From Ranitomeya imitator (lineage: Eukaryota), in assembly GCF_032444005.1 (NCBI RefSeq), contig NC_091288.1:40796001-40860000 (forward strand): DNA of 64,000 bases, in the 5' to 3' direction. The notes under the pieces were generated by a model. That model made no database searches, was not told the DNA's origin, and was given only the letters and a program-made list of their open reading frames with translations. Of the stretch, positions 1 through 12,300 are shown in pieces. The first letter of the stretch is position 1. Each line of letters starts with the position of its first letter. The position numbers and the translations under genes were made by a program.

Positions 1-261
1 TTGTCAAATTTATCCATCGGGTGCAACAATGGCAGTTGAATTAGTGCAGTAACCATTTGGTGCTAATTGCGCCATTTTTGATAAATGTGGGTCCTTTCCC
101 CATACCCAGGAATTAAACATTTGGATGGTAGAAGTAAATTGAAGAAAAAAACAAAAAGAAAGTTGCCGGAGTGATAGAGTGCAAGGTTAGAATGGGAACA
201 AATATTGTATGGGTGCGATACGGAGTTCTTCCCAAAATATCATGGAGACATAGATGCTGAC

Positions 262-370
262 CTCCGCGCTCCTTCTGGTGACTGACTGCCAAGTTCACTC
301 ATCGTTACTGCATTGTCCGGCTCCTGGTATGGAATTGGCTTTTTATCCTTGTCCAACATGAATTCAAAAT
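262..370 (-). CDS. FASTKD1-like copy B coding exon 12
   Basis: DFEFMLDKDKKPIPY...SPEGAR; AG/GTCAGC. Confidence 0.88.
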
Positions 371-3300
371 CTAAGGAAATAAAATATATCACACTAATAG
401 AGTAAGTATGTGGACACCATCATAAAGTGTGAAAAGCATTACTTCCAGAAACAGTGCCACACCGGTCTATAGGTTGTGCCGGGTATTGCACCTCAGCTTT
501 ACAGAAGTGAACGAGGTTTAGCTTTGATATCACATACAATCCAAGGTCACAGTCACAAAACCATAGATTTTATCATCCAGGAGAATTGGGTCGATTGTGA
601 TAATGACTCTCTGATCAAAGCGTCAGCATGGTGTGAGCCGATTCTCTTGGATAAGAGAATTAGAGCACACTGTCAGGAAAATATGGAGACCAAAATGTCT
701 CCATCTTCTCCACTCGATGAGTCCACGGAAATTGAACTGCACTCGGATGTCATATCTGGTGTAAATGCTGCTGTTCTCCAGCGCTTGTTGCTTTTCTTTT
801 GTTCCTGAGATATGTCCTCCTCTTCCATGTATGAAAACATTAGTATTGAAAGATAGGAGACAAAAAAAGCGCAAATAGGGTCTTATCCCCAGGATTGTTC
901 TTAATCAATTGTGAGAGAACTGCTCACCTGGTAGTACACAGTACAAGCGTGTAGTTGTCAGCTGCTGCAGATACACAGGTCGGCGTTGCGACCTCTCAGA
1001 ACCGTTATAATAAATGAAATGTGGATTACATCTGCGCTGCTGCGACAAATAATAGATCCAGATATACTGTTAGGGTGTTCGGGTGGTTTATTCAACGCGT
1101 TTCGAAGCTCAAAGGCTTCTTCTTCAGGAAGTTTCCACACAAAGATATGCATATCTTTGTGTGGAAACTTCCTGAAGAAGAAGCCTTTGAGCTTCGAAAC
1201 GCGTTGAATAAACCACCCGAACACCCTAACAGTATATCTGGATCTATTATTTGTCGCAGCAGCGCAGATGTAATCCACATTTCATTTATTATAACGATGT
1301 ATGAAAACATAGTATTGTTACCCAAGAACGTCACGAAGAGGTCATAGAACAACTGAGGGCTACGCCCACTTGGCTAACAAGAGGGGACAATACCTCAGGG
1401 ATGGAGAGGAGCAGGAACAGAGGAAACAACTTCGGATTCTTTACCCAATTTATGAAAAGTGACCGGTACTCTTTCTGGTCACTTTCTGGTCTTTGTAACC
1501 CCCCCCAAAGACCTAATAGTTATATAGACTGCATATACAGTCATGGCTGTAAGTGTTGGCACCCTTAAAATTGTTCTATAAAATGAAGTATTTCTCCCAC
1601 AAAATCACATTGAACACCTGTGGAGAGATCTTAAAACTGCTGTTGGGAGAAGAAACCTTCAAATATGAGAGACCTGGAGGAGTCAGTAAAAGAAGAGTGC
1701 TCCAAAACTCCAGCTGATGGGGGGAAGAAGCTTATTCATGGTTATAGGAAGCCATTGATTGCAGTTATTTATTCCAATAGGTGTGCAACCAAATATTAAG
1801 CGGACGGTGCCAACAGTTTTGTCCGGACCATTTTTGGAGTTTTGTGTAAAATTATGTCCAATTTGTCTTTTTCTCACATTTTTTGTGATGTTCCAACACA
1901 CACAAAGGAAATAAACATGTGTATAACAAAACGTAATAATTGCAATCATTTTCTGGTAGAAATATTTCATTTTCTGGAACAATTTGAAAGGTGCCAACAC
2001 TTTCGGCCGTGACTGTATACGGAGTTAGGGCTACATATGTTAGCCTGGGATATCTGTGCGCACTCTCCTTACACTTCCTACAACATAGGATGGTGATAAC
2101 CTAAAATTTAGTTGGACATTGGAGAAGCCCCTTCACAGTCCGCTGCCACCCGTGTGCATCATCTGTACACCGAGATCTTACCTATAGAATAAGAGTACGG
2201 TGTTGTCACCGAGACCTTCGTATACCGCTCTCCTCCTAAGATTTCCTCCAACAAGTCCTGCAGCAGCTGGCCCATGGAAGTCATCTCTGCAGGACACAAG
2301 CACATTATAATTATTGGGGCTCCATTTGGGGAGGTTTACAGGATGCTCTTATTTATTGTGGGCCATCGTATTACTGACACGCTCTAGATCCTAGGGTCTC
2401 AACCTCTGGTACATTCACTACATGCTTAAAGGGGGTTTCCTCAACTTCCAGTGGAGCTCCCCGCTTCTCTGCTTTGCCCGGGCAGGAGATGGGCTCCCGT
2501 TTGATTGACAATTTGGACCAGCAGTATCGTGGCCCAAACTGTGCTCTCCAGGTTCTACAGACAGAGACAGCTTTACCTCTGCCGCATCGGAGGAGCAATG
2601 ATGCAGAGATCCTGCCAAGTTTTAAAGCAGCACTTCCAAGTCCTATTGAAAAGAGCCTGTAAGAGCTGCGCTCCTTGTCTAGGAGACAGGCCATCACATA
2701 TAGCTTGCAGACAATAATAAATAAATACCATGGCACAAAAGGTACTCCTAGATAGCTTGAAAAGTTTCCCAAGGCAACAAGAAGTACATAAATAAACACC
2801 TTTGTTCTTCAGAAAGCAGAGGATTTTTAATAAAACGTTAAAAAAACACCTTTTCAATAACTGAATAAATGATATCCAGGCACATGCACAAGGTCAGAAA
2901 CGTACCTTTTTTCTTCATGTGCTGACAATATGGCTCATGAAACCAAGGAACCCGATATTCGGGGTGCTCGATGCAAACCGCACGATTCAATTCCATAAGA
3001 TAGCTGCGAAGATTCATGCCCTGAGCGGGGGGAAACGCTGAAACAGAACATTTTATGGAAGGTATCGGTGAAGGCATCGTCAGTACGCACCTACTGAAAG
3101 GTACAAGGCCAACGAATCAAGGACTAAGATCAGATTGTCAGTTCAGTCCCTAATTACTGAGGTTCTGCCCAGACACAACACTCTACTGGGGCAACTTACC
3201 GGGGCGTACACCTGACAACAACCAGTATCTGCACCATTAGGTTGTAAAGAAAGACTAAGCAATGAGTGATGTGATCACAAGACCTTGTACGACAGTACAG

Positions 3301-6300
3301 GATCTACAGCTCGGGAACCTGTAGGCACTACTAGGACAACTCCTTCATGTTCCTCATATTTGGCCCTGTTAAAATAAAAACACTTATACTCGCCGATGCC
3401 GGCGCTGTTCCAGCAGGGTTGCCACTCGCGTTCTTAGGGCTTATGTAAGGTTGTTAGGTCACAGGAGCCCTGTGCCCAATCAGCGCCGCCATCATTGTCC
3501 TCGCCTTTGGACATACTGACCATCAACAGGTCACGTCAAATAACAATGTCATGTGACCACCTGGAGACACAAGACCAATATCACCGGAACACAGCCGGTC
3601 TGGTAGGCGAGTGTGAGTCTTTTTTTTTTTTCTTAATCTGCGGCAATTTAGCATTTAAGAGGAGATGTCAAATAGTGGACAAACCCTTTAAGCTGCTCAT
3701 ACACATGTGAAAGCTGTCGGACGATCAAGCTCCCATCATATACATGAACATGCAAATTCTCATAGATTTTCAATGACTAGGTCAACCTTCCCGACCCACA
3801 TGACCTCCAACATCACACATCGGGGGAGAGTAGAGACGCCTCCAAACGTGAGACTGTCGGCCAATCCCAGCAGGTTCGGCTGACTTTAGTCCAATGTGTG
3901 GGGGTTTTCAGATTCATCACTAGACCCCACCTAAAGTCATTCAATTCTGACACCCTCTGTGACACAAAGCCCACTGGTGTCCATAGTTTTCCATAGGTTC
4001 CTTGGGCAAACATACAGATTTTTCTAGCATTTAGTGGCTGGCGCTCTACCACCTGCATATTACTACATGATGAAAACATTTTACAGATCACGGACAGAAT
4101 AAAAAGAAAAAAATACATATATAAATATCTGTATATAAAGAGAGAGCGACAGATAAAGAGATAGAGAGCGACAGATAAAGAGATAGCGAGCGATACGTGA
4201 AGAGATAGAACGATAGATAAAGCAATAGAGAGCAGACTTACATTTCAATTGGACATCTAGCTGGCGCAAGAATGTGATGTTGAATATCGTATTTATTAAT
4301 TCTTTTGGAAATTGTTTTACCATAGCAAAATTGTAACAGATCTGCATCAAGCATGAAGGACTCAACAAATCTATGCAAAAAAAAGATAAGAAAAACACTT
4401 TTAATAAATATATAGCTTACCATAATGGAATAGTGAAGTGCTCAGTCTCCTTCACTGATTTATCTCTATGCTGCATCTCTCAGCTACCTGGATATACAGG
4501 GAATTGCAACCCTCGGGGACCTGGCTGTGCAAGGAACTGCACCCTTGAGTACCCGGCTGTGCAAGGAACTGCAACCCTGGAGTACCCGGCTGTGCAAGGA
4601 ACTGCAACCCTCGAGTACCGGGCTGTGCAAGGAACTGCAACCCTCGAGTACCCGGCTGTGCAAGGAACTGCAACCCTCGAGTACCCGGCTGTGCAAGGAA
4701 CTGCAACCCTCGAGTACCCGGCTGTGCAAGGAACTGCAACCCTCGAGTACCCGGCTGTGCAAGGAACTGCAACCCTCGAGTACCCGGCTGTGCAAGGAAC
4801 TGCAACCCTCGGGTACCAGGCTGTGCAAGGAACTGCAACCCTCGGGTACTTGGCTGTGCAGGAACTGCAACCCTCAGCTACACGACTGTGCAGGGAACTG
4901 CAACTCACGGGTACTCAGCTGTGCAGGGAACTGCAACCCTCAGGTACGCGGCTGTGCGGGGAACTGCAACTCACGGGTACCAGGCTGGGCAGGGAACTGC
5001 AATTCATGGGTACCAGACCGTGCAGGGAACTGCAACCCTCAGGTACGCGGTCGTGCAGGGAACTGCAACCCTCAGCTACACAACTGTGCAGGGAACTGCA
5101 ACTCACGGGTACCAGGCTGTGCAGGGAACTGCAACCCTCAGCTACACAACTGTGCAGGGAACTGCAACTCACGGGTACCAGGCTCTGCAGGGAACTGCAA
5201 CCCTCTGGTACGCGGCCATGCAGGGAACTGCAACTCTCGGGTATCCGGCTGTGCAGGGATCCGCAACCATTATCTATCTGGCTGTGCCAGGTCCTTTTAC
5301 ACTGAACGGGGTTGTCGTCAGCAGCTGGAAGGGCAGCTCTGCAGAGAAAATTTTAAAGTGCTGCCTCCCATTCAATCTGAGGAATAGTAGCAATGATAAA
5401 GTGATGTCACATCCTACTATGTGGGAATCCCACTTTAAAGCCCAACCTACTGCGAGCAGCAGTATTAGTATTAGTGACTTGTATATCAGACACCTACCCT
5501 TGTGCTCCAGTACATGTTGGAGACATACATTAAAAAATTCTCCGCCTTGAGGTGGCTCATAGTTCAGGAAACTAAAGGGACGTAAAACTATAAGGATACT
5601 GGATGGATGAATCTAAAAGGGGACAGATAAAGAAAAGGGTTAGGAGGAACAAAACTGTATTAAAGGGCATTGTCTCACGCACTCTCCCCCTTTCCACATA
5701 AACATTATACAGGGGGTCACATTTTGAAATACCTTGGCAATATCCTCCATGGTCACTGCAGCAATGGTGTGAAAAACTGGGGCTCGTGCATTGTTCATTT
5801 GACATAAAAAGATGGAAAGTTTAGTAACGTTCCTCCAGGTGACCGTATGCAGCAGGCGCTGGCAGATATCCAACAATCCCTCAGTCAGTTCTTCGGTCAT
5901 CCACTGCCGGGTCTTAAGCTGCAAAATTTCCTCCAGCAGAAGATCAATGCTGTCCGCGTGCTGGAGTCTTTCCACAGCACAGCTGTTCAGGTGGTTGAGG
6001 AGCTCCTTGTACGTTTTATGGTGGTTTCCAAACCCACGAGGCGTTCTACACAACTGCAGGAGTAGGACAGCGATCTTTTCCAGGCTTGGTAAATTGCACT
6101 GCTGGATTATATCACCAATTCTAGAGAGGACGGCCTCATCCACCTGGTGGAAGTTCAGTAGAGCAAGTGCTTTGGCCATTGTGGCCACTTCAGAAGGCAC
6201 AAAACTTGCCATTAAATTCCTGCAATAATGAGAAAATATTTAGGAAGTTTTAGAAAAATCACAAAAAAACAGGATGACACTAATAATCCTGCCCAAATTC

Positions 6301-9300
6301 CCAACTCTATTGGTTGAACAGGTCAGAACCAGTAGACGTAAGAGCCAGAAGTGTCTTCTTTGACAATGCACCCAAGTATCAGCATTTGCACCATAAGGTG
6401 CAGTGGATGGCCATGGAAAGTCCAAAAAAGGGGGAGAGAAGCTTGGAAATGTTGAGGGTTCCATTGCAGATATATTTGGCCTCACAGGCCAAGTAACAAG
6501 TGAACATTGTCCTGAGAGCCGAACCAGCTGCTTCAAAGTAAGATTACATGAAAGATTAAACTCTATGGTCGTTCAAGTCTTGCGTCTGCCAAGTGTAATG
6601 TTCTGCCTTTCCCCAGATGGGGAATCAATGGTCTACAACTGGTGACCACCACCATATTACCAGTGTGTTTTCCAGTATAGAATACATGATATCTACAGTA
6701 AGAGCAGTCCATTATGACTAACCAGATTAATCGCTGTTTTCGATATAAATTATTATTACCACGTCACACAATTTACCAGTTGGTGCAGTAGATTCTAAGA
6801 AATCCACCAGACTCCACATTCGTGATCTGCAGGTTTCTGAGTCAGTGTGTTAGAATAATTAATTGGAAGGCAATGTTCACAATAATATCAGTGTAGAGAT
6901 CAATTAGTGAGGTCAATCATTCTGGGAAGAAGCAGGTGGGAATCAGGTGGTCCCTATTTAAGGGTGAAGCCAGGACATGTTGTACATGAATTTCTACTTG
7001 AAAGCCTGAGAAATATGGGTTGTTCGAGACATCGTTCAGAAGAACAGTGTACTTTGATTAAAAAGTTGATTGGAGAGGGAAAAACTTATAAAGAAGTGCA
7101 GATAATGATCGGCTGTCCAGCTAAAATGATCTCCATTGCTTTAAAATGGAAAGCCAAAGCAGGAAGATGTGGAGGAAAACGGAAGACGACCATTCAAATG
7201 GATGGAAGAATAGCCAGAATGGCAAAGGTGCAGCAAATGATCAGCTCCAGGATGATCAAAGACCGTCTCAACTTACCTGTGAGGACTGAGACAGGTAGAA
7301 GACGCCTGTGTGAAGCTATAATATGGCATACTATTGGTGACAGTCACCAGGGGCGACAACTGCACACATAATATGGCATACTATTAGTGGCACCTGGAGC
7401 GACGACCACCTATATAATACGGCATACTATTAGTGGCACCTGGAGCGACGACCGCCTATATAATATGGTATACTATTAGTGGCACCTGGAGCGACGACCG
7501 CCTATATAATATGGTATACTATTAGTGGCACCTGGAGTGACGATCACCTATATAATACGGTATACTATTAGTGGCACCTGGAGCGACGACCGCCTATATA
7601 ATATGGTATACTATTAGTGGCACCTGGAGTGACGATCACCTATATAATACGGTATACTATTAGTGGCACCTGGAGCGACGACCGCCTATATAATACAGCA
7701 TACTATTAGTAGCACCTGGGGCGACAACCACCCACATAATACAGTATACTATTAGTGGAACCTGGAGCGACAACCGCCTATATAATACGGTATACTATTA
7801 GTGACACCTGGAGTGACCACAGCCTATATAATACGGCATACTATTAGTGGCACCTGGAGCGACGACCGCCTATATAATACGGCATACTATTAGTGGCACC
7901 TGGAGCGACGACCACCTATATAATACGGTATACTATTAGTGGCACCTGGAGCGACGACCACCTATATAGTACAGCATACTATTAGTGACACCTGGAGCGA
8001 CGACCGCCTATATAATACAGCATACTATTAGTGACACCTGGAGCGATGACCACCTATGTAATACGGCATACTATTAGTGGCACCTGGAGCGATGACCACC
8101 TATGAAATACGGTATACTATTAGTGGCACCTGGAGCGACGACCGCCTATATAATACGGTATACTATTAGTGGCACCTGGAGCGACGACCACCTATATAAT
8201 ACGGTATACTATTAGTGGCACCTGGAGCAACGACCACCTATATAATACGGCATACTATTAGTGGCCCCTGGGGCGACAACCACCTATATAATACGGTATA
8301 CTATTAGTGGCACCTGGAGCGACGACAGCCTATATGATACGGTATACTATTAGTGGCACCTGGAGCGACGACCACCTATATAATACGGTATACTATTAGT
8401 GGCACCTGGAGCGACGACCGCCTATATAATACGGTATACTATTAGTGGCACCTGGAGCGACGACAGCCTATATGATACGGTATACTATTAGTGGCACCTG
8501 GAGCGACGACCGCCTATATGATACAGTATACTATTAGTGGCACCTGGGGCGACGACCGCCTATATAATACGGCATACTATTAGTGACACCTGGAGCGACG
8601 ACCGCCTATATAATACGGTATACTATTAGTGGCACCTGGAGCGACGACCGCCTATCTAATACGGCATACTATTAGTGGCACCTGGAGCGACGACCACCTA
8701 TATAATACGGTATACTATTAGTGGCACCTGGAGCGACGACCACCTATATAGTACAGCATACTATTAGTGACACCTGGAGCGACGACCGCCTATATAATAC
8801 AGCATACTATTAGTGACACCTGGAGCGATGACCACCTATGTAATACGGCATACTATTAGTGGCACCTGGAGCGATGACCACCTATGAAATACGGTATACT
8901 ATTAGTGGCACCTGGAGCGACGACCGCCTATATAATACGGTATACTATTAGTGGCACCTGGAGCGACGACCACCTATATAATACGGTATACTATTAGTGG
9001 CACCTGGAGCAACGACCACCTATATAATACGGCATACTATTAGTGGCCCCTGGGGCGACAACCACCTATATAATACGGTATACTATTAGTGGCACCTGGA
9101 GCGACGACAGCCTATATGATACGGTATACTATTAGTGGCACCTGGAGCGACGACCACCTATATAATACGGTATACTATTAGTGGCACCTGGAGCGACGAC
9201 CGCCTATATAATACGGTATACTATTAGTGGCACCTGGAGCGACGACAGCCTATATGATACGGTATACTATTAGTGGCACCTGGAGCGACGACCACCTATA

Positions 9301-12300
9301 TAATACGGTATACTATTAGTGGCACCTGGAGCGACCACAGCCTATATAATACGGCATACTATTAGTGGCACCTGGAGCCACGACTGCCTATATAATATGG
9401 AATACTATTAGGGGCATAGTGACCTGGGGTGACAACCACTTATATAATACGGCATACTACTGGTGACATAGTGACCTGGGGTGACGACCACCCATATAAT
9501 ACAGCATAGTATTGATGACACCTGCAGCGACCACAGCCTACATAATATAGCATACTATTGGTGACAGTCACCTAGGGTGACGACCGCCTATACAATATGG
9601 AATACTATTGGGGATATAGTGACCTGGGGTGACAACCACTTATATAATAAGGCATAGTACTGGTGACATAGTGACCTGGGGTTATGACCGCCTATATAAT
9701 ACGGCATACTATCGGTGTCATAGTGACCTGCGGTGACGACCTCCCATATAATACAGCATACTATTGATGACACCTGGAGCGACCACAGCCTATATAATAT
9801 AGCATACTAATGGTGACAGTCACCAAGGGTGATGACTGCCTATACAGTTAGTTCCGTATATATTTGGACAGAGACAACATTTTTCTAATTTTGGTTATAG
9901 ACATTACCACAATGAATTTTAAACAAAACAATTCAGATGCAGTTGAAGTTCAGACTTTCAGCTTTCATTTGAGGGTCTCCACATTAAAATTGGATGAAGG
10001 GTTTAGGAGTTTCAGCTCCTTAACATGTGCCACCCTGTTTTTAAAGGGACCAAAAGTAATTGGACAATTGACTCCAAGGCTATTTCATGGACAGGTGCGG
10101 GCAATCCCTTCGTTATGTCATTCTCAATTAAGCAGATAAAAGGCCTGGAGCTGATTTGAGGTGTGGTGCTTGCATTTGGAAGGTTTTGCTGTGAAGTAAA
10201 CATGCGGTCAAAGGAGCTCTCCATGCAGGTGAAACAAGCCATCCTTAAGCTGCGAAAACAGAAAAACCCATCCGAGAAATTGCTACAATATTAGGAGTGG
10301 CAAAATCTACAGTTTGGTACATCCTGAAGAAAGAAAGAAAGCACTGGTGAACTCATAAATGCAAAAAGACCTGGGCGCCCACGGAAGACAACAGCGGTGG
10401 ATGATCGCAGAATAATCTCCATGGTGAAGAGAAACCCCTTCACAACAGCCAACCAAGTGACCACCACTCTCCAGGAGGTCGGCGTATCAATATCCAAATC
10501 TACCATAAAGAGAAGACTGCATGAAAGTAAATACAGAGGGTTCACTGCAAGGTGCAAGCCACTCATAAGCATCAAGAATAAAAAGGCTAGACTGGACTAT
10601 GCTAAAAAACATCTAAAAAAGCCAGCACAGTTCTGGAAGAACATTCTGTGGACAGATGAATCCAAGATCAACTTCTACCAGAATGATGGAAAGAGAAAAG
10701 TATGGCGAAGGTGTGGAACAGCTCATGATCCAAAGCATACCACATCATCTGTAAAACACGGCGGAGGCAGTGTGATGGCTTGGGCATGCATGGCTGCCAG
10801 TGGCACTGGGTCACTAGTGTTTATTGATGATGTGACACAGGACAGAAGCAGCCAAATGAATTCTGAGGTATTCAGAGACGCCATACTGTGTGTTCAGATC
10901 CAGCCAAATGCAGCCAAACTGATTGATTGCCGTTTCATACTACAGATGGACAATGACCCAAAACATAAAGCCAAAGCAACCCAGGAGTTTACTAAAGCAA
11001 AGAAGTGGAATATTCTTGAATGGACAAGTCAGTCACCTGATCTCAACCCAATTGAGCAGCATTTCACTTGTTAAAGACTAAACTTCAGGCAGAAAGGTCC
11101 ACAACAAACAGCAACTGAAAACCACCGCAGTGAAGGCCTGGCAGAGCATCAAAAAGGAGGAAACACAGCGTCTGGTGATGTCCATGAGTTCAAGACCTCA
11201 GGCAGTCATTGCCAACAAAGGGTTTTCAACCAAGTACTAAAAATGAACATTTTATTTAAAATTCTTGAATCTGTCCAATTACTTTTGGACCCTTTAAAAA
11301 CAGTGTGGCACATGTTAAGGAGCTGAAACTCCTAAACCCTTCATCCAATTTTAATGTGGATACCCTCAAATGAAAGCTGAAAGTCTGAACTTCAACTGCA
11401 TCTGAATTGTTTTGTTTAAAATTCATTGTGGTAATGTCTATAACCAAAATTAGAAAAATGTTGTCTCTGTCCAAATATATAAGGACCTAACTGTATAATA
11501 TGGAATACTATTGATGACACAGTCACCTGGGGCAACGATCGCCTATATAATAAGGCATACTACTGGTGACATAGTGACCTGAGGCGATAATTGCCTACAT
11601 AATATGGCTTACTATTGGTGACAGTCACCTGGGGAGACGACCGCCTGTATAAGTCCATGAAACCCACAGGAGCCACAGTCCACTGAGGACGGATGACTCC
11701 TTCGAAACGCGTATGATAAGTTCTCTCCTCGATCCATGGACTGGTCGGTAGCGGGTTGGGATTTTCTTTTAAGTTCACATAATGCAGTTTGCATTTTTTT
11801 TTTATCTGTTTTATTCTTTTGTAAATAAAATCTAAGAAACATCTGGTGGAAGATAATAATTCTCTAAAATTAGAAAGTAAAATGTCTGAAACTGATAATG
11901 GGTAAATCCTCCCCATCGGCACTGGTGACACCCTGGACCCTGGAGAGGCGATAAAGCACAGCAGCATTTACGGGGATCTTACCTCTGCAGATGTCCTTGT
12001 AGTTCTTTCATTAACTTGGTATTTTGATAGGACAGATGGGCCAGGGCCTCAGTTATATAATACAGCTGGAGGGGTTTGCAGATATCTAGATATTTCTGTA
12101 AGAGGAGGAAAATTCTAAAGAAAGAAAAAGAAAAACAGTTTAGGAAATGCACATTCCCGCTACGACTAGTGCCTGATAACGACTGCTCGGACCTCAATGT
12201 ACAACCCACGGTGAAGGAGTCACCTCGATGAAGCCCCCTATGAGAGACCAGCAAAGTGGGGACCAAGTAAATATAACTTTAAGTGTGGATCAACAGTAAA

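Noticed and set aside
958-1352. Mirror-image ORFs with identical proteins on both strands
   Set aside because: A consequence of the perfect palindrome; no protein family signal
2371-2799. ORF with YLGV and faint LINE RT-like stretches
   Set aside because: Too weak to call by eye; needs a profile search
4373-5550. Long ORFs (220-310 aa) with ATLEYPAVQGT and similar repeats
   Set aside because: They arise from a 33-bp (multiple of 3) minisatellite that is open in several frames on both strands, inside an intron
7318-9844. CRISPR-like regular array
   Set aside because: Head-to-tail minisatellite with no unique spacers, in a eukaryotic intron
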